Source of the DNA: a virus | Virus record (IMG/VR): IMGVR_UViG_3300033074_002003 | Length of the DNA: 64,000 nt | Reading direction: 5' to 3' (one strand) | Part shown: one piece after another, positions 8,916-18,778 of the stretch | How the letters are laid out: the number at the start of each line of letters is the position of its first letter | How positions within the stretch are numbered: position 1 is the stretch's first letter | Made by a program: the position numbers and the translations under genes | The notes under the pieces: model-generated | What the model was told of the DNA's origin: nothing | The model's input: the letters and a program-made list of their open reading frames with translations, nothing else | The model's database searches: none

Positions 8916-9286
8916 ACGTAGTTTGTTGTTGTGACCGTGTCGTCAAATCTGTCCGCTAGAGTGTGGAAGTAAATTTTGGGACGCACGTTCGACCTAAGAT
9001 ACTTTTGCACCATCATGTCCTGCAAGAAAAACGACCACACGCGCAGTTCATCGTTGATCCCTGCATTTGGCAGGCGATAAGCGTCCATGTGCATCATTAC
9101 GGGATTGCCGTGCCCAGTCCAGAATTTGGGCGTTGAAACGATTTCGCAATCGATCTCGTCGGGAATGAGAATTTTCTCGATAATGAGCAACTCAGACTCG
9201 GAGGGCTCAGCCCTTCCACTTTTAGTCTTGCTCTCGTGAAGAGTTTTCAGCAAGAGCTCTTTTTCGTCGCTGTTAAAGTGTCTCAT
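8900..9286 (-). CDS. hypothetical protein
   Basis: ORF in operon phase, overlaps its neighbours by a few codons. Confidence 0.35.
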   Translation of the reverse strand: MRHFNSDEKELLLKTLHESKTKSGRAEPSESELLIIEKILIPDEIDCEIVSTPKFWTGHGNPVMMHMDAYRLPNAGINDELRVWSFFLQDMMVQKYLRSNVRPKIYFHTLADRFDDTVTTTNYVWESK

Positions 9287-10187
9287 GCAATGCTCGAATG
9301 ACGTCAGACCACCCGCCCTGTGATTTTATCTCCTCAACACCCTGTTGTATCGCCTTGTCGTTTCTAGTGGGATCTCTGCCGAGAACGCTTCTGATATTTG
9401 TGACGAGCGAATCGAGGTCCTCAAATGGCCTGATCGTTTCGATCGTTTCACAGCCATAAGTGAACACCTGATCGTCAAATGATCGCATCGAGAAGCAGCC
9501 TCGAGCCGCGGCTTCGATGTCTTTGATCCACGGTGGGCTCGCGTTGATCTTTTCGCCGTCAACAGTGCACTCAAAGTTCTCGCTGTGCACAAACACTTTC
9601 ATCTGCGAAAGCGTCGCGAGATAGCTCTGGTAGTCTACCTGTGGAGCGATAGTGACGTCAATGCCGCGAGATTTGAGACCCTCAAACAATTCTCTGCGAT
9701 ACGGGTGAAGTGTACCACAGAATCCGACGTCAATTTTTCTATCGGAAAACTTGGGACCTACGCTGCAGTACTGCGGCAACATCCACATCCTGACAAACTT
9801 CGACGGGATTCCGCGCGAGACGACGAAGTTCGACCACCACGAAGACGTTGTCAGGAATGTTGCGAGGTTCAACCTGCGCTTGATGACATCGTACGTTCCC
9901 TTGAATGGCGACTCGTCGCGGAACGACTCCCACACGTCCTGCTCGTAGAAAAGTGTCCGCGCGCCGCCAAGAAATGATTCGATAGCATCGATCTCACGGT
10001 GAATGGTACGCAACTTCAGAAGTGACAGCGTTCGATCTGAACCCTTCTCGAGTCGCGATCCAGATCGCACGTCAGCGAGTTCATAGTACCTGACGCTGCA
10101 CTGCTGGTCTAGTGTTGCGAGGAGCTGGTGAATGTAGCAATTTGATCTCGCGTACTGGAGTGAGTCTACGATGACGTCTACTTTCAT
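9273..10187 (-). CDS. putative glycosyltransferase (GT-B C-terminal-domain-like, CgeB-like)
   Basis: Weak similarity to group-1 GT C-terminal half; embedded in the glycan operon. Confidence 0.3.
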   Translation of the reverse strand: MKVDVIVDSLQYARSNCYIHQLLATLDQQCSVRYYELADVRSGSRLEKGSDRTLSLLKLRTIHREIDAIESFLGGARTLFYEQDVWESFRDESPFKGTYDVIKRRLNLATFLTTSSWWSNFVVSRGIPSKFVRMWMLPQYCSVGPKFSDRKIDVGFCGTLHPYRRELFEGLKSRGIDVTIAPQVDYQSYLATLSQMKVFVHSENFECTVDGEKINASPPWIKDIEAAARGCFSMRSFDDQVFTYGCETIETIRPFEDLDSLVTNIRSVLGRDPTRNDKAIQQGVEEIKSQGGWSDVIRALHETL

Positions 10188-10906
10188 TGTGCGCTCCCGA
10201 ATTTCGCTACTGCCTCCGCGAGCGCTTCTTTGAACCTTGTAGATGTGTAAGAGTTGGCGGCCGCGAACTTTATTGGATTTGCTGCGACGACGCGAGCACC
10301 CTCTAGAGCAAGCTCTCTGGCGCGGTGCGGAGCAACAGCATTGTGCTGCAGCACCTGTGACAATACGTGAACCTGGCCTTTCAGTGCACGGTGGAGACCG
10401 AAGTGAAAGGCCTGTTCATCGTTGGGATACAGACAGTGAAATCCCGCGGGTTCCATGACCGCGTGGCGCCCGAGACTTTCACCCTTGAGAACGATGTCGT
10501 GATTCCCGTCGACGTGGTCACAGAATAGTTCTTGGCTACGCGCAAAGGTCACTCGAGGCGTGAAGAAATTTAGGCCCGCAATGAGACCGCCCGTGTAGAA
10601 GTCTTGGAGTCTGAGCTGCAAACCGGTGACTCGCTTGTTTTGCGCGAAAATCTCAAACCACGCACGGGCGATTACGGTTTCGTGCGCAAGAACTGTATCG
10701 GCGTCGACCTTCACAAAGAGATCGTGTGTCGCCTTGTGAGCGTCCCAAGCGTCCCAGAGCGCGTTGTGTGCTTCTTTTTCTGGTAGACCTGCCACGACAT
10801 GGTGTGTAATCGAGACCTGCTCCTGTGCGGCAATGAGACGTTTGCACTCTTCGAACTCGGCTTCGCCCGAGTGTAGTGTTCCGACAAACACTCTTGGTTG
10901 TGTCAT
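10184..10906 (-). CDS. hypothetical protein, possible GT-A fold glycosyltransferase
   Basis: KVDADTVL DxD-like motif; ATGA coupling on both sides. Confidence 0.3.
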   Translation of the reverse strand: MTQPRVFVGTLHSGEAEFEECKRLIAAQEQVSITHHVVAGLPEKEAHNALWDAWDAHKATHDLFVKVDADTVLAHETVIARAWFEIFAQNKRVTGLQLRLQDFYTGGLIAGLNFFTPRVTFARSQELFCDHVDGNHDIVLKGESLGRHAVMEPAGFHCLYPNDEQAFHFGLHRALKGQVHVLSQVLQHNAVAPHRARELALEGARVVAANPIKFAAANSYTSTRFKEALAEAVAKFGSAQ

Positions 10907-11481
10907 GGGTGGTTCCTTGTCGCGTACTGTGTTCTCAACATGAACATGCAGATCTGATCCTCAAACTTGCCGTCCCTGTACAGAGACTCCACCAAGACAC
11001 CTTCTTGCAGGAATCCAAGGCGTGTATAGACTTTTCGACCAATTTCGTTGTACACGGCCGTCGTCAGCGACACGCGATGCATCCCTAGGTCGTTGAAACA
11101 GTGTGAGAGCATGAGCTCCCACATCAGGTACGAATATCCTTTGCCGCGATAGTCCCGATGAATATCTGCACCTAGGACGCACGAGAAGTTATTCCTATCT
11201 ACCGTGAACTTGCAGAACCCAACATTTCTCCCGTTGATCGTGAAAATCTTTCGAATCTCGCGCTCTACGTTGAGAGAACGCCACCACTGCATGTGACGCT
11301 CCTCGGTGATGCGCGTCGGATCAGTGAGGTTGCGTAGCACGACTGGATCATTGTGCAGCTCGATTAGCCACGAGTGATCGCGATCATCTACGTCTACAAG
11401 TTCGGTGCGCAGCGTCGTAGAGCCGGGATGATCATCGTCTATTGTAATGGTGTATGACTCGCGACGCGATGAATCTGACAT
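10903..11481 (-). CDS. GNAT family N-acetyltransferase (RimL/PseH-like, probable amino-sugar N-acetylase)
   Basis: GNAT core VGFCKFTV..RGKGYSYLMWELMLSHCFNDLGMHRVSL..N..G..VYTRLGF; sits next to the DegT aminotransferase. Confidence 0.7.
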   Translation of the reverse strand: MSDSSRRESYTITIDDDHPGSTTLRTELVDVDDRDHSWLIELHNDPVVLRNLTDPTRITEERHMQWWRSLNVEREIRKIFTINGRNVGFCKFTVDRNNFSCVLGADIHRDYRGKGYSYLMWELMLSHCFNDLGMHRVSLTTAVYNEIGRKVYTRLGFLQEGVLVESLYRDGKFEDQICMFMLRTQYATRNHP

Positions 11482-12586
11482 CCGATTCCTCCAACCACCA
11501 ACCGCACGGTATCGAGAAGTGCCTGCGAGCGAACTTCCTCACTCCTGGGAGGTGAACTTTGTTTCTCAGGAAACACGTATAGTCGTCGTTCGGAACGTGA
11601 ACGAGTCCCGCTGCGATTCCGTCGTCGTTCAGTGACTTCACGATGTCATCGCGCGTCGCGCCGTCTTCAGAATCTGGTGCCAAGAGTGTGTACACCCAGT
11701 TGCTAGACTGTGACCTTACTGGCCGATAGATCGGCTGGACTCGCGATGTCTTGAAGATTTCGTCGTAGAGCGCGGCATTTAACCTGTGTGTCTGAATGAT
11801 CTTCTCGACGTGTCTCATCTGCGAGAGGCCGATGGCCGCCGAGATGTTGTTCATGTTGAACTTGTACCCCGCCTCCCGAATGTCGACGTCCCACTGCTGT
11901 CCCTTCCAGTCGCCCTTCGCGTCCTTGCCTACATCGCGATCGAGGCCGAACCACTTGAGGCACTTGGCTCGTGCGAGGTCTTTCTTAGACGCACAGACGA
12001 GTGCCCCACCGTCTCCCGTCGTGATGTGCTTGATCGCCTGAAATGAGTAACAGACGAAGTCTGCACTCTTTGAGAGGCACTCGCCGTCATATTTCGCTCC
12101 GAACGCGTGGGCCGCGTCTACGATAAGCTTCACGCCCTTCTGCTTGCAGACATCATAGATGACGTCCATCTCGCCGGGATTCCCGGCCCACGCGACAAAC
12201 ATCACCGCTTTCGTCTTCTCGGTGATCGCCTGCCTGATTGCCTCTGCGTAGACAGTACCAGTTGTCGGATCGATGTCAGCCCAGACGATCTTTGCACCGA
12301 GGTTCTTGATCGGTGTATTCGTGGCGACACACGTCATGGGGGTCGTGACGACGTGATCTCCGTGGCCGACACCCGCTAGCTTCAGCGCGACAGTGAGTGC
12401 CGAAGTGCAACTGTTCATCAGGACGAGATTGTGACCGTCTCCGAGGTGCTGTGAAAGCTCAGCCTGTAGCTGTGTGACGGTCTCACCCTCGTTGAGATAT
12501 CCAGACTCGAGAACGCTGTGAATGTGCTCCATCGCCGATGGTACATCGACGTGGACTTTGAAGAGTGGGTATTTCTTTGCTGTCAT
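11432..12586 (-). CDS. DegT/DnrJ/EryC1/StrS-family PLP-dependent nucleotide-sugar aminotransferase
   Basis: Full-length fold match; PLP-lysine motif SFQAIKHITTGDGGAL; DAAHAFGA. Confidence 0.85.
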   Translation of the reverse strand: MTAKKYPLFKVHVDVPSAMEHIHSVLESGYLNEGETVTQLQAELSQHLGDGHNLVLMNSCTSALTVALKLAGVGHGDHVVTTPMTCVATNTPIKNLGAKIVWADIDPTTGTVYAEAIRQAITEKTKAVMFVAWAGNPGEMDVIYDVCKQKGVKLIVDAAHAFGAKYDGECLSKSADFVCYSFQAIKHITTGDGGALVCASKKDLARAKCLKWFGLDRDVGKDAKGDWKGQQWDVDIREAGYKFNMNNISAAIGLSQMRHVEKIIQTHRLNAALYDEIFKTSRVQPIYRPVRSQSSNWVYTLLAPDSEDGATRDDIVKSLNDDGIAAGLVHVPNDDYTCFLRNKVHLPGVRKFARRHFSIPCGWWLEESDVRFIASRVIHHYNRR

Positions 12587-12595
12587 GTTTGTGTC

Positions 12596-13537
12596 TCAGT
12601 AGATTTCTTCGATGCCCATTTGAAAGTGCACCGCTTCCGGGAATTGCAGAGGCTCGTCGGCGCCCGTTCGCACAGCGAGAAGCTCCACAGAACTTCCTCG
12701 TTCGGCACCGGGTTTATACCCAGCTTCGAGTATGTTGTGCTTGTACAGTTCGTTATGAGCACACCAGATCGTGATCTCAGACCACTTGTGTCTGTAGGCG
12801 GTTTCTTCCACGGCGTCAAATAGATCTGTTAGCGACCAAGGATCACCTTCGACTTCAAGAACATGACACGCGTCTCCGTACGGTTTTAGGACGATGTAAC
12901 TACCATCCTCAGCCGAAAACTTGATGTAGTGATGGTACGGATGATGTTCCCAACGTGCGAGTCGATAGATGTCATCACACACAAACCCGTCGTAATCTGC
13001 TACAACACCGAGTCCCAAAGTGTTCTTGACACTGTCTGGTATTTTTCGATATCGATCCTGTCTCGGTTTGAGACTGTACATCTCTATTTCTTGAACACGT
13101 TCCCACCCAGACTTTAGGTGAGCATCAATCACAGGTTTGCCCGCCTGTGGGAAACCCAAGATGTAGTCAGTTAGATGGAGGTTGCGTTCACAAGCAATCG
13201 CGTACTTGCTCAGTTCAACGAATATGTTGCGCCTGCGATAGTTCGGATCGATGCCCACAGCGAAGCACCTTCCCACACTTGTCTGTTCACCCGCGCGGAG
13301 TAGTGCTTTTTGCTCGACACACCAGATACCCACAAGGTGCGTGCCGTCATACGCACCATATACACGAACATCGCGATCGAATGAACCTACAGTTGCGCGA
13401 CGCGGTCGCATATACCAATCGATCCACTCACGCGTAATGTCAGTGTTGGGAAAAAGCGTGGTGTGAAGAGCGAGAAACCGCAGCACTTCGTTGTAAGAGC
13501 TGAGCGCGACGCTGGAGAAATATATGTTTTCACTCAC
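12596..13537 (-). CDS. hypothetical protein, possible acyltransferase (GNAT/FemAB-like fold)
   Basis: Operon position between SDR and aminotransferase; weak fold-level resemblance only. Confidence 0.3.
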   Translation of the reverse strand: MSENIYFSSVALSSYNEVLRFLALHTTLFPNTDITREWIDWYMRPRRATVGSFDRDVRVYGAYDGTHLVGIWCVEQKALLRAGEQTSVGRCFAVGIDPNYRRRNIFVELSKYAIACERNLHLTDYILGFPQAGKPVIDAHLKSGWERVQEIEMYSLKPRQDRYRKIPDSVKNTLGLGVVADYDGFVCDDIYRLARWEHHPYHHYIKFSAEDGSYIVLKPYGDACHVLEVEGDPWSLTDLFDAVEETAYRHKWSEITIWCAHNELYKHNILEAGYKPGAERGSSVELLAVRTGADEPLQFPEAVHFQMGIEEIY

Positions 13538-14286
13538 AACCTGAGCCCTCCGTCAACGTGAAGTGTCTGTCCCGTAGTGTATCCGTTGTCACTATCGAGC
13601 AAGAACTTTACAGCGCTGTAGAAGTGTTGGATTGACCCAAACTTTTTCGCCGGAATCTTCTCTTTGATCTGCTCCTGGATTGCGGGCGGGATCGTGTTGA
13701 TGATACCCTGATCGAAGTAGCCAAGAGCGAGTGCGTTGACAGTGACGCCCTTCCCGATGAGCTCGAGCGCCGCTGACCTCGTGAATCCCTCGATTCCGGC
13801 CTTCGCTGCTGCGTAGTGTGATGCTCCCACGGCACCATTCGCGGCAACAACGCTCGATATGTTGATGATCCGCCCGTATTCCGCGTCACGCATTCCCGGG
13901 ATGAATTCGCGACAGACGAGAAACGTCGAGACGAGATTATCGTAGATTGCGCCCGTGAAGCTCTTGAGGTCAAGCTTCCAGCACATGCCATTCGAAGACG
14001 CGCCCGCCAGGTTGATCAGGTGCTGAACGCGCTGCCCGGTTGTGGACTCAATCGCTGCCCTGAGGTTGCGAACATCGCTCTCATTTGTCAGCTCTGCTTT
14101 GAAGCACCGCGAATCAAAGTTTCGAATCGGGTCTGATGTGATGTGTGCGTGCCTATCCCAGACGTCTTTCAATGCCGTGTAGTGATCTCTATACTGACAG
14201 ACAACGTCAAAGCCGTCGTCGAGCATCTTCTCTACGAGGGCACAACCCAGTCCGCCTCCAGCACCCGTAACTAGGACGATTGTCAC
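13534..14286 (-). CDS. classical short-chain dehydrogenase/reductase (FabG-like)
   Basis: TGAGGGLG cofactor motif; catalytic YAAAK; NISS. Confidence 0.8.
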   Translation of the reverse strand: MTIVLVTGAGGGLGCALVEKMLDDGFDVVCQYRDHYTALKDVWDRHAHITSDPIRNFDSRCFKAELTNESDVRNLRAAIESTTGQRVQHLINLAGASSNGMCWKLDLKSFTGAIYDNLVSTFLVCREFIPGMRDAEYGRIINISSVVAANGAVGASHYAAAKAGIEGFTRSAALELIGKGVTVNALALGYFDQGIINTIPPAIQEQIKEKIPAKKFGSIQHFYSAVKFLLDSDNGYTTGQTLHVDGGLRL

Positions 14287-15098
14287 TGCGCGCTCCGCAA
14301 CTGGGACGTGATGTAGACTTCACAAGCGTCGTAGAAAGTCTTTGAGAGCGGGTGCACCCTAAACTGCTTGCTCATTGAACCACGCTGGTGTGCTACGAAC
14401 GGTGTGCCGTCCGATAGCGTGTACTCTGTGTGATAGTCCTCACCCGTGAGTACGGCCTTCGCCTTGCCCGAGTTGGGCCTGACAAATTCTAGGGAGTAGT
14501 ACTTGATGGAGTTCTCATAGAGATACAACGGGAATTTCCAGCACGGTTCTCTGAAGAGAGAGAAGCCGATGGGAAGGTTGAATGCCTCGGACTGTTCTTT
14601 GGTTGTGATGGGCAGGAGGTTGCCCTTGTCTGCTGAAACGTCAAAGTCCCACGCGTGCCTCGTCGTAAGAGCACACCACGTGAAATTTGGCACGCGCTTG
14701 TAAGTCTGCGATACGCCCGTTCCAGAAGAGAACCCACCGATGTCCTCGTAGATCGTTCCGATGACATCTACGCCGCCAGCGACAATCTCTTCGAGCTTCG
14801 TGTCCCAGCCGCGAGCGAGCACGAGCGAGTCGCTGTCTGCAATGATGTTTACCTCACCCGCTTCCATGTTTGCAAGCGCGGCCTTGATACCCAGCATGTG
14901 TGCAATCGATCCCGAATTTCCGAGGGGAAGTAGCACAGCCTTCCCACCCGACGACAACACACGCTGGTAGCTGTCCTGATCGAGGCAGTATGCCACAAAA
15001 TCGAGCCGCTCTGGTTTCGCAGCGAGGCTGCGATGATTTGCTACGCAGTATTCGTAGTACTGGTACGTCACTGCTGACGTGACAATGTGAACTCTCAT
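14283..15098 (-). CDS. hypothetical protein, possible GT-A-fold glycosyltransferase
   Basis: IIADSDSLV DxD-like motif; ATGA coupled. Confidence 0.3.
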   Translation of the reverse strand: MRVHIVTSAVTYQYYEYCVANHRSLAAKPERLDFVAYCLDQDSYQRVLSSGGKAVLLPLGNSGSIAHMLGIKAALANMEAGEVNIIADSDSLVLARGWDTKLEEIVAGGVDVIGTIYEDIGGFSSGTGVSQTYKRVPNFTWCALTTRHAWDFDVSADKGNLLPITTKEQSEAFNLPIGFSLFREPCWKFPLYLYENSIKYYSLEFVRPNSGKAKAVLTGEDYHTEYTLSDGTPFVAHQRGSMSKQFRVHPLSKTFYDACEVYITSQLRSAQ

Positions 15099-16114
15099 TT
15101 TGAATCCTTCACGATTTCGTCGATCGCTCTGCCCGTGAATGACGACAGAGGCGCGTCCAAGATTCCGAGCTTTGTGAGGTGCTCGTGGAGCTCGTCCTTC
15201 GACATCACATCGTCGGCGCTCGTGTAATCGATCCGCAGCTCTCCGTCTGAAGCTTGCTTGTACGACGGCACGAGTGCGTAATGCTTCCCGTCGAAAATGA
15301 CGCGTTCCGAGGTGTTCAGAAGCGCTTCGTGCATCTTTTCTCCGGGTCGCAGGCCCACAACCTTGATTGGCTTACCAGACTTCTCAGAGAAGATTTCGGC
15401 CAAGTCTCCGATTCTCATCGCCTTCAGCTTCGGGATGTAGATCCTGTTGCTCACGCCGTGGTGGAGAGCGTGGAATATCAGGTTGACGGAGTCGTCGAGC
15501 GTCATGACGAACCTCGTCATGTCAGGATCTGTGACGGTGATGTGCTCTGCGTTCTCCGACTGGTACTTGAACAGTGGGATGATGCTACCGCGCGACTCGA
15601 GCACATTGCCGTACCTGACGCCGAGAAATCTCGTAGGTGACTGTGAACTCGTAATGAGTCTTTCTGAGATTGCCTTGCACATTCCGTAGACGTTGACTGG
15701 AGCGCAGGCTTTGTCGGTGCTGACAAAGAGAACGGATTCGATCGGCGGGTGTGATGATGCTCCTGCTGTCGCATTGTACTCGTGGACTGCGTCAACAACG
15801 TTCTGCGTTCCCGCGAGGTTCGTCAGGACACTCTCCGTGGGAGAGAGCTCACACGTATCCACCTGCTTCAGTGCAGCAGCAATGATAATCGTCTTCGGGC
15901 GGATCTGTCGTATTGTGGCAAGGACACGCTTCGAGTCCCGAATGTCGCCCACAACGAACTTGCGCGTCTGTTCGAGCGACACGCCGAGCTGAGAGCGCAG
16001 CGTCCAGTGCTTCGCCTCGTCGCGCGAGAAAGCATAAACGAGCTTCTGTGCAGGAAATCGCCTGAGAAGTGCATTGCCCAGCGATCCCGTTCCCCCAAAG
16101 ATGAGAACTGTCAT
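15095..16114 (-). CDS. UDP-GlcNAc 4,6-dehydratase/epimerase of the PseB/CapD/FlaA1 family (Polysacc_synt_2)
   Basis: IFGGTGSLGNAL Rossmann; YGMCKA (YxxxK); VRYGNVLESRGSIIPLF matches the PseB VRYGNV..SRGSVIP signature. Confidence 0.8.
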   Translation of the reverse strand: MTVLIFGGTGSLGNALLRRFPAQKLVYAFSRDEAKHWTLRSQLGVSLEQTRKFVVGDIRDSKRVLATIRQIRPKTIIIAAALKQVDTCELSPTESVLTNLAGTQNVVDAVHEYNATAGASSHPPIESVLFVSTDKACAPVNVYGMCKAISERLITSSQSPTRFLGVRYGNVLESRGSIIPLFKYQSENAEHITVTDPDMTRFVMTLDDSVNLIFHALHHGVSNRIYIPKLKAMRIGDLAEIFSEKSGKPIKVVGLRPGEKMHEALLNTSERVIFDGKHYALVPSYKQASDGELRIDYTSADDVMSKDELHEHLTKLGILDAPLSSFTGRAIDEIVKDSK

Positions 16115-16149
16115 TTCAGGAGTGATTCTAATGACAGTCCGCGCAGTGT

Positions 16150-17007
16150 TTACAATCTCTCTTTGGGGAGGATCCGCGAGTCTATCCTGTCAGCACGAGT
16201 GGGTCTGTAACCGAGTTCGGCTAACTTTGCTGGATTTGTGTAGCTTCCCGTGACGCTTCTCTCGTAGGAGCTCTTGCAGTTGTAGATCCCACCATCAAGA
16301 AGTGCTGTCTCCTCGTAGCCCATCGAGAAAAATCTCTGGAAGTCTGCCTCAGATATCCCTGCGTACTCTGACATCTTCTTCAGCTCATCGAACGCAAACT
16401 GCACTCTGCCTATCCTGTTGAGTGCTGGCAGTTGGGGCGCGAGGTTTGTGCGCCACACTTTTGGGTGGGCCGTCGGCGAGAAATACGCTTTCTTTCCCGT
16501 GAAGTGATTCGATAGCCGGGTCCACGCCCATCGCCTAGAGTCGGGTCTCTGCAACTCTTTGTCGTAGAGGTGCAACTCCTCGACAGAGAACTCCTGAAGC
16601 CGCACCGATGCAACGTCCCAGTTCAGCGGGTCATCGAGGAACGCCCGTGCTTCGGTGATCCTCTCATAACACGTGTGCACCATATCTGACTCTATGATGT
16701 AGATGTAGCTATAGTCGCCGCGGCATGACAGTCTGTAGTTCTGCAGAGCGTACCAGAGAGCGCCCCAATAGCCGTAATTTTTGTCTAGGACACACACGTG
16801 ATCTGTGACGCTTCGAAGGAGCTCCGTCACACCCTCGACAGTAGAGTTGTTATCGATAGCGTAGACGTCCTCGCGAGGGACGCGACCCTTGATGCTGTCG
16901 ATGCACTCTTTCAGGACCTCAAGCCGCGTCTCTTCGAGACAACACGAGACGATGACGTGTAAGATATCTCCCACGATCACTCCAGATTCGAGAGCATCCT
17001 GTCCCAA
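16150..17007 (-). CDS. putative GT-A fold glycosyltransferase
   Basis: N-terminal VIVSCCLEE..AIDNNS nucleotide-sugar-binding-like segment; operon context. Confidence 0.35.
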   Translation of the reverse strand: MGQDALESGVIVGDILHVIVSCCLEETRLEVLKECIDSIKGRVPREDVYAIDNNSTVEGVTELLRSVTDHVCVLDKNYGYWGALWYALQNYRLSCRGDYSYIYIIESDMVHTCYERITEARAFLDDPLNWDVASVRLQEFSVEELHLYDKELQRPDSRRWAWTRLSNHFTGKKAYFSPTAHPKVWRTNLAPQLPALNRIGRVQFAFDELKKMSEYAGISEADFQRFFSMGYEETALLDGGIYNCKSSYERSVTGSYTNPAKLAELGYRPTRADRIDSRILPKERL

Positions 17008-18152
17008 GCACTCCAGTACGAGTCGTCCTCAAAGAGACGACGGTGAACCTCGTACATTCCGAGCCTGAGCTTCGTGGCATACGCATCGTCTTTCGAGAGT
17101 CTCAAAACAGCGAGCGCTGCCTCTTCGGCTGTCTTCACGACGACACAGTTGTAATCGTGAATGAGCGTAGAGTGTGCGTGTGAGTTGTCGATGAAGTGTT
17201 GTGTGGTGATCATCGGCGTCGCCGCGAACCTCGAGTATGCTGGCACACCGCCCGACCAGTCTGTGTTCTTCAGGTGGACGACGGCCCTGATCGAGAGGAA
17301 CTTCTTTGCAGCCTGTCGCGGGCTCAGCGTCTCATAGTTGCCCGTGAGGCCGGCGTCACCTGCATACTTGACGTCTGCACCGTGACCCCTGATGTTCCCG
17401 CCGTGATTCGGAACGTGGATCCCGTGGGGCGCGAGCAGCTCGTTCATCGCCGCAAACATCGGATAACCGATCGCGTGCGGTTGCCTGATCGCGTAGTTGT
17501 GATTGAACGAACCGAATCCCTCGCGAGGGCCGGCGATCATCGCGTGTTTGTCACGCTTCACGCCGTAGAGGTCGAACTCTGTGTGGTGACGATAGAAGTT
17601 GCAGGCGTGAAGAGGCTCGGCGTACTGAAATTCGGTATCGTAGTTTGCGGGCAGGTTGCGGCAAATGTTCTTTGGTTTGAGCCCAAGCGGGTAGTGCTCC
17701 CACGAGTTGAACGACGAACTGATCCACTTCGCACCGGGCATGAACGGCTTGACGTAGTTCTCGAAGATGTTGCCAAGCTCAGTGACAGCATTACACGTCG
17801 TGTGAAAGGCGTCGATCTCAATCTTGTCCTTCGACATGTCGACGAGATCGCACTCTGCTTCGCTTGTGTATAGCACTCCCATTTCAGGGAGTTCCTGCTC
17901 GATGAACCGATCCTCACCAAAGATGACGTCATCACCCTTCGCGTACCCGTGAATCTCGAGGTTGCGCTTCGTCGGTTCGCTCTGTGAGCGCATGAGGAGC
18001 CGCGGCCAGACTGGGATGCGACGCCAATCGAGTCCCGGAGATCCGGGCTTCGGCATGAACACATTGTGGCCGAGCTTTCGATAGTGATAAGGTAGGCCCG
18101 CCTGACCGCCACGATCATCGCTGTCAATGATCATGATATTGAGCTTCTTCAT
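16977..18152 (-). CDS. putative GT-B fold glycosyltransferase
   Basis: C-terminal LKNTDWSGGVPAYSRFAATPMIT resembles the group-1 GT E..G..LEAMA.G.P motif. Confidence 0.4.
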   Translation of the reverse strand: MKKLNIMIIDSDDRGGQAGLPYHYRKLGHNVFMPKPGSPGLDWRRIPVWPRLLMRSQSEPTKRNLEIHGYAKGDDVIFGEDRFIEQELPEMGVLYTSEAECDLVDMSKDKIEIDAFHTTCNAVTELGNIFENYVKPFMPGAKWISSSFNSWEHYPLGLKPKNICRNLPANYDTEFQYAEPLHACNFYRHHTEFDLYGVKRDKHAMIAGPREGFGSFNHNYAIRQPHAIGYPMFAAMNELLAPHGIHVPNHGGNIRGHGADVKYAGDAGLTGNYETLSPRQAAKKFLSIRAVVHLKNTDWSGGVPAYSRFAATPMITTQHFIDNSHAHSTLIHDYNCVVVKTAEEAALAVLRLSKDDAYATKLRLGMYEVHRRLFEDDSYWSAWDRMLSNLE

Positions 18153-18430
18153 CGCGTCTCTTCTTTCACCTTGATAGTAATTTGATGCGGAGAGATGTGA
18201 ATCTCACCTCGAATATCTTCGGTGTGTGCACCAGCTGGGCAACAACACGATCCGAATCTCGTCCACACTCCGTGCTCTCGCAATGCGGTAATGATTTCAC
18301 TATTGCTTTCGAGGGTTGAAAGCGATTCTAGCTCTGCCTTCGTAATTTCGCCCTCGACAAACATCATAACAAGCTTGCGGAATGTTTCAAATTTCATGAT
18401 TTCGCATTTCCAATAGTGATGTGAAAGCAA
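18149..18430 (-). CDS. hypothetical small protein (lower GC)
   Basis: ATGA coupled to the upstream glycosyltransferase. Confidence 0.3.
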   Translation of the reverse strand: MLSHHYWKCEIMKFETFRKLVMMFVEGEITKAELESLSTLESNSEIITALREHGVWTRFGSCCCPAGAHTEDIRGEIHISPHQITIKVKEETR

Positions 18431-18778
18431 TCACGAATCGAGACAACCTCCACCAGGGTGAAAGAAACCACACGATGAACAAGTTTCGCCAGGGATGTGA
18501 GCGGATCGCGTCCAATTGTCTTCTTTTACAGAGAGGTGCTCTGGGAGGATGTGCAAGGTCCCTGCAAAGCCCTCTAGGTCGAGGTGTTTCGTTGAAGACC
18601 TCGCGATCGTCGATGTGGGTCTATTGAAGGTGTGCTCGCCCTTCTCACGTAGAGACGCGATTCGCAGGACGACACACTCTGTGAGGAACTCTTCCGGTGT
18701 GATTGCTCCGAACTCGAGCAGGTTGAGAAGTGTCGTGAGACCCACGGGACGAAATGTGTTTTTTTCGACGTCAAACAT
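18431..18778 (-). CDS. hypothetical protein; start taken at internal MFDVEKN to avoid overlap
   Basis: ORF 18431..18895 trimmed to the Met next to the upstream stop. Confidence 0.3.
   Translation of the reverse strand: MFDVEKNTFRPVGLTTLLNLLEFGAITPEEFLTECVVLRIASLREKGEHTFNRPTSTIARSSTKHLDLEGFAGTLHILPEHLSVKEDNWTRSAHIPGETCSSCGFFHPGGGCLDS

Noticed and set aside
13608-13991. 127-aa Ser/Arg-rich ORF inside the SDR gene
   Set aside because: It is an alternative frame of a well-supported SDR CDS (TGxxxGxG, YxxxK). It has low-complexity composition.
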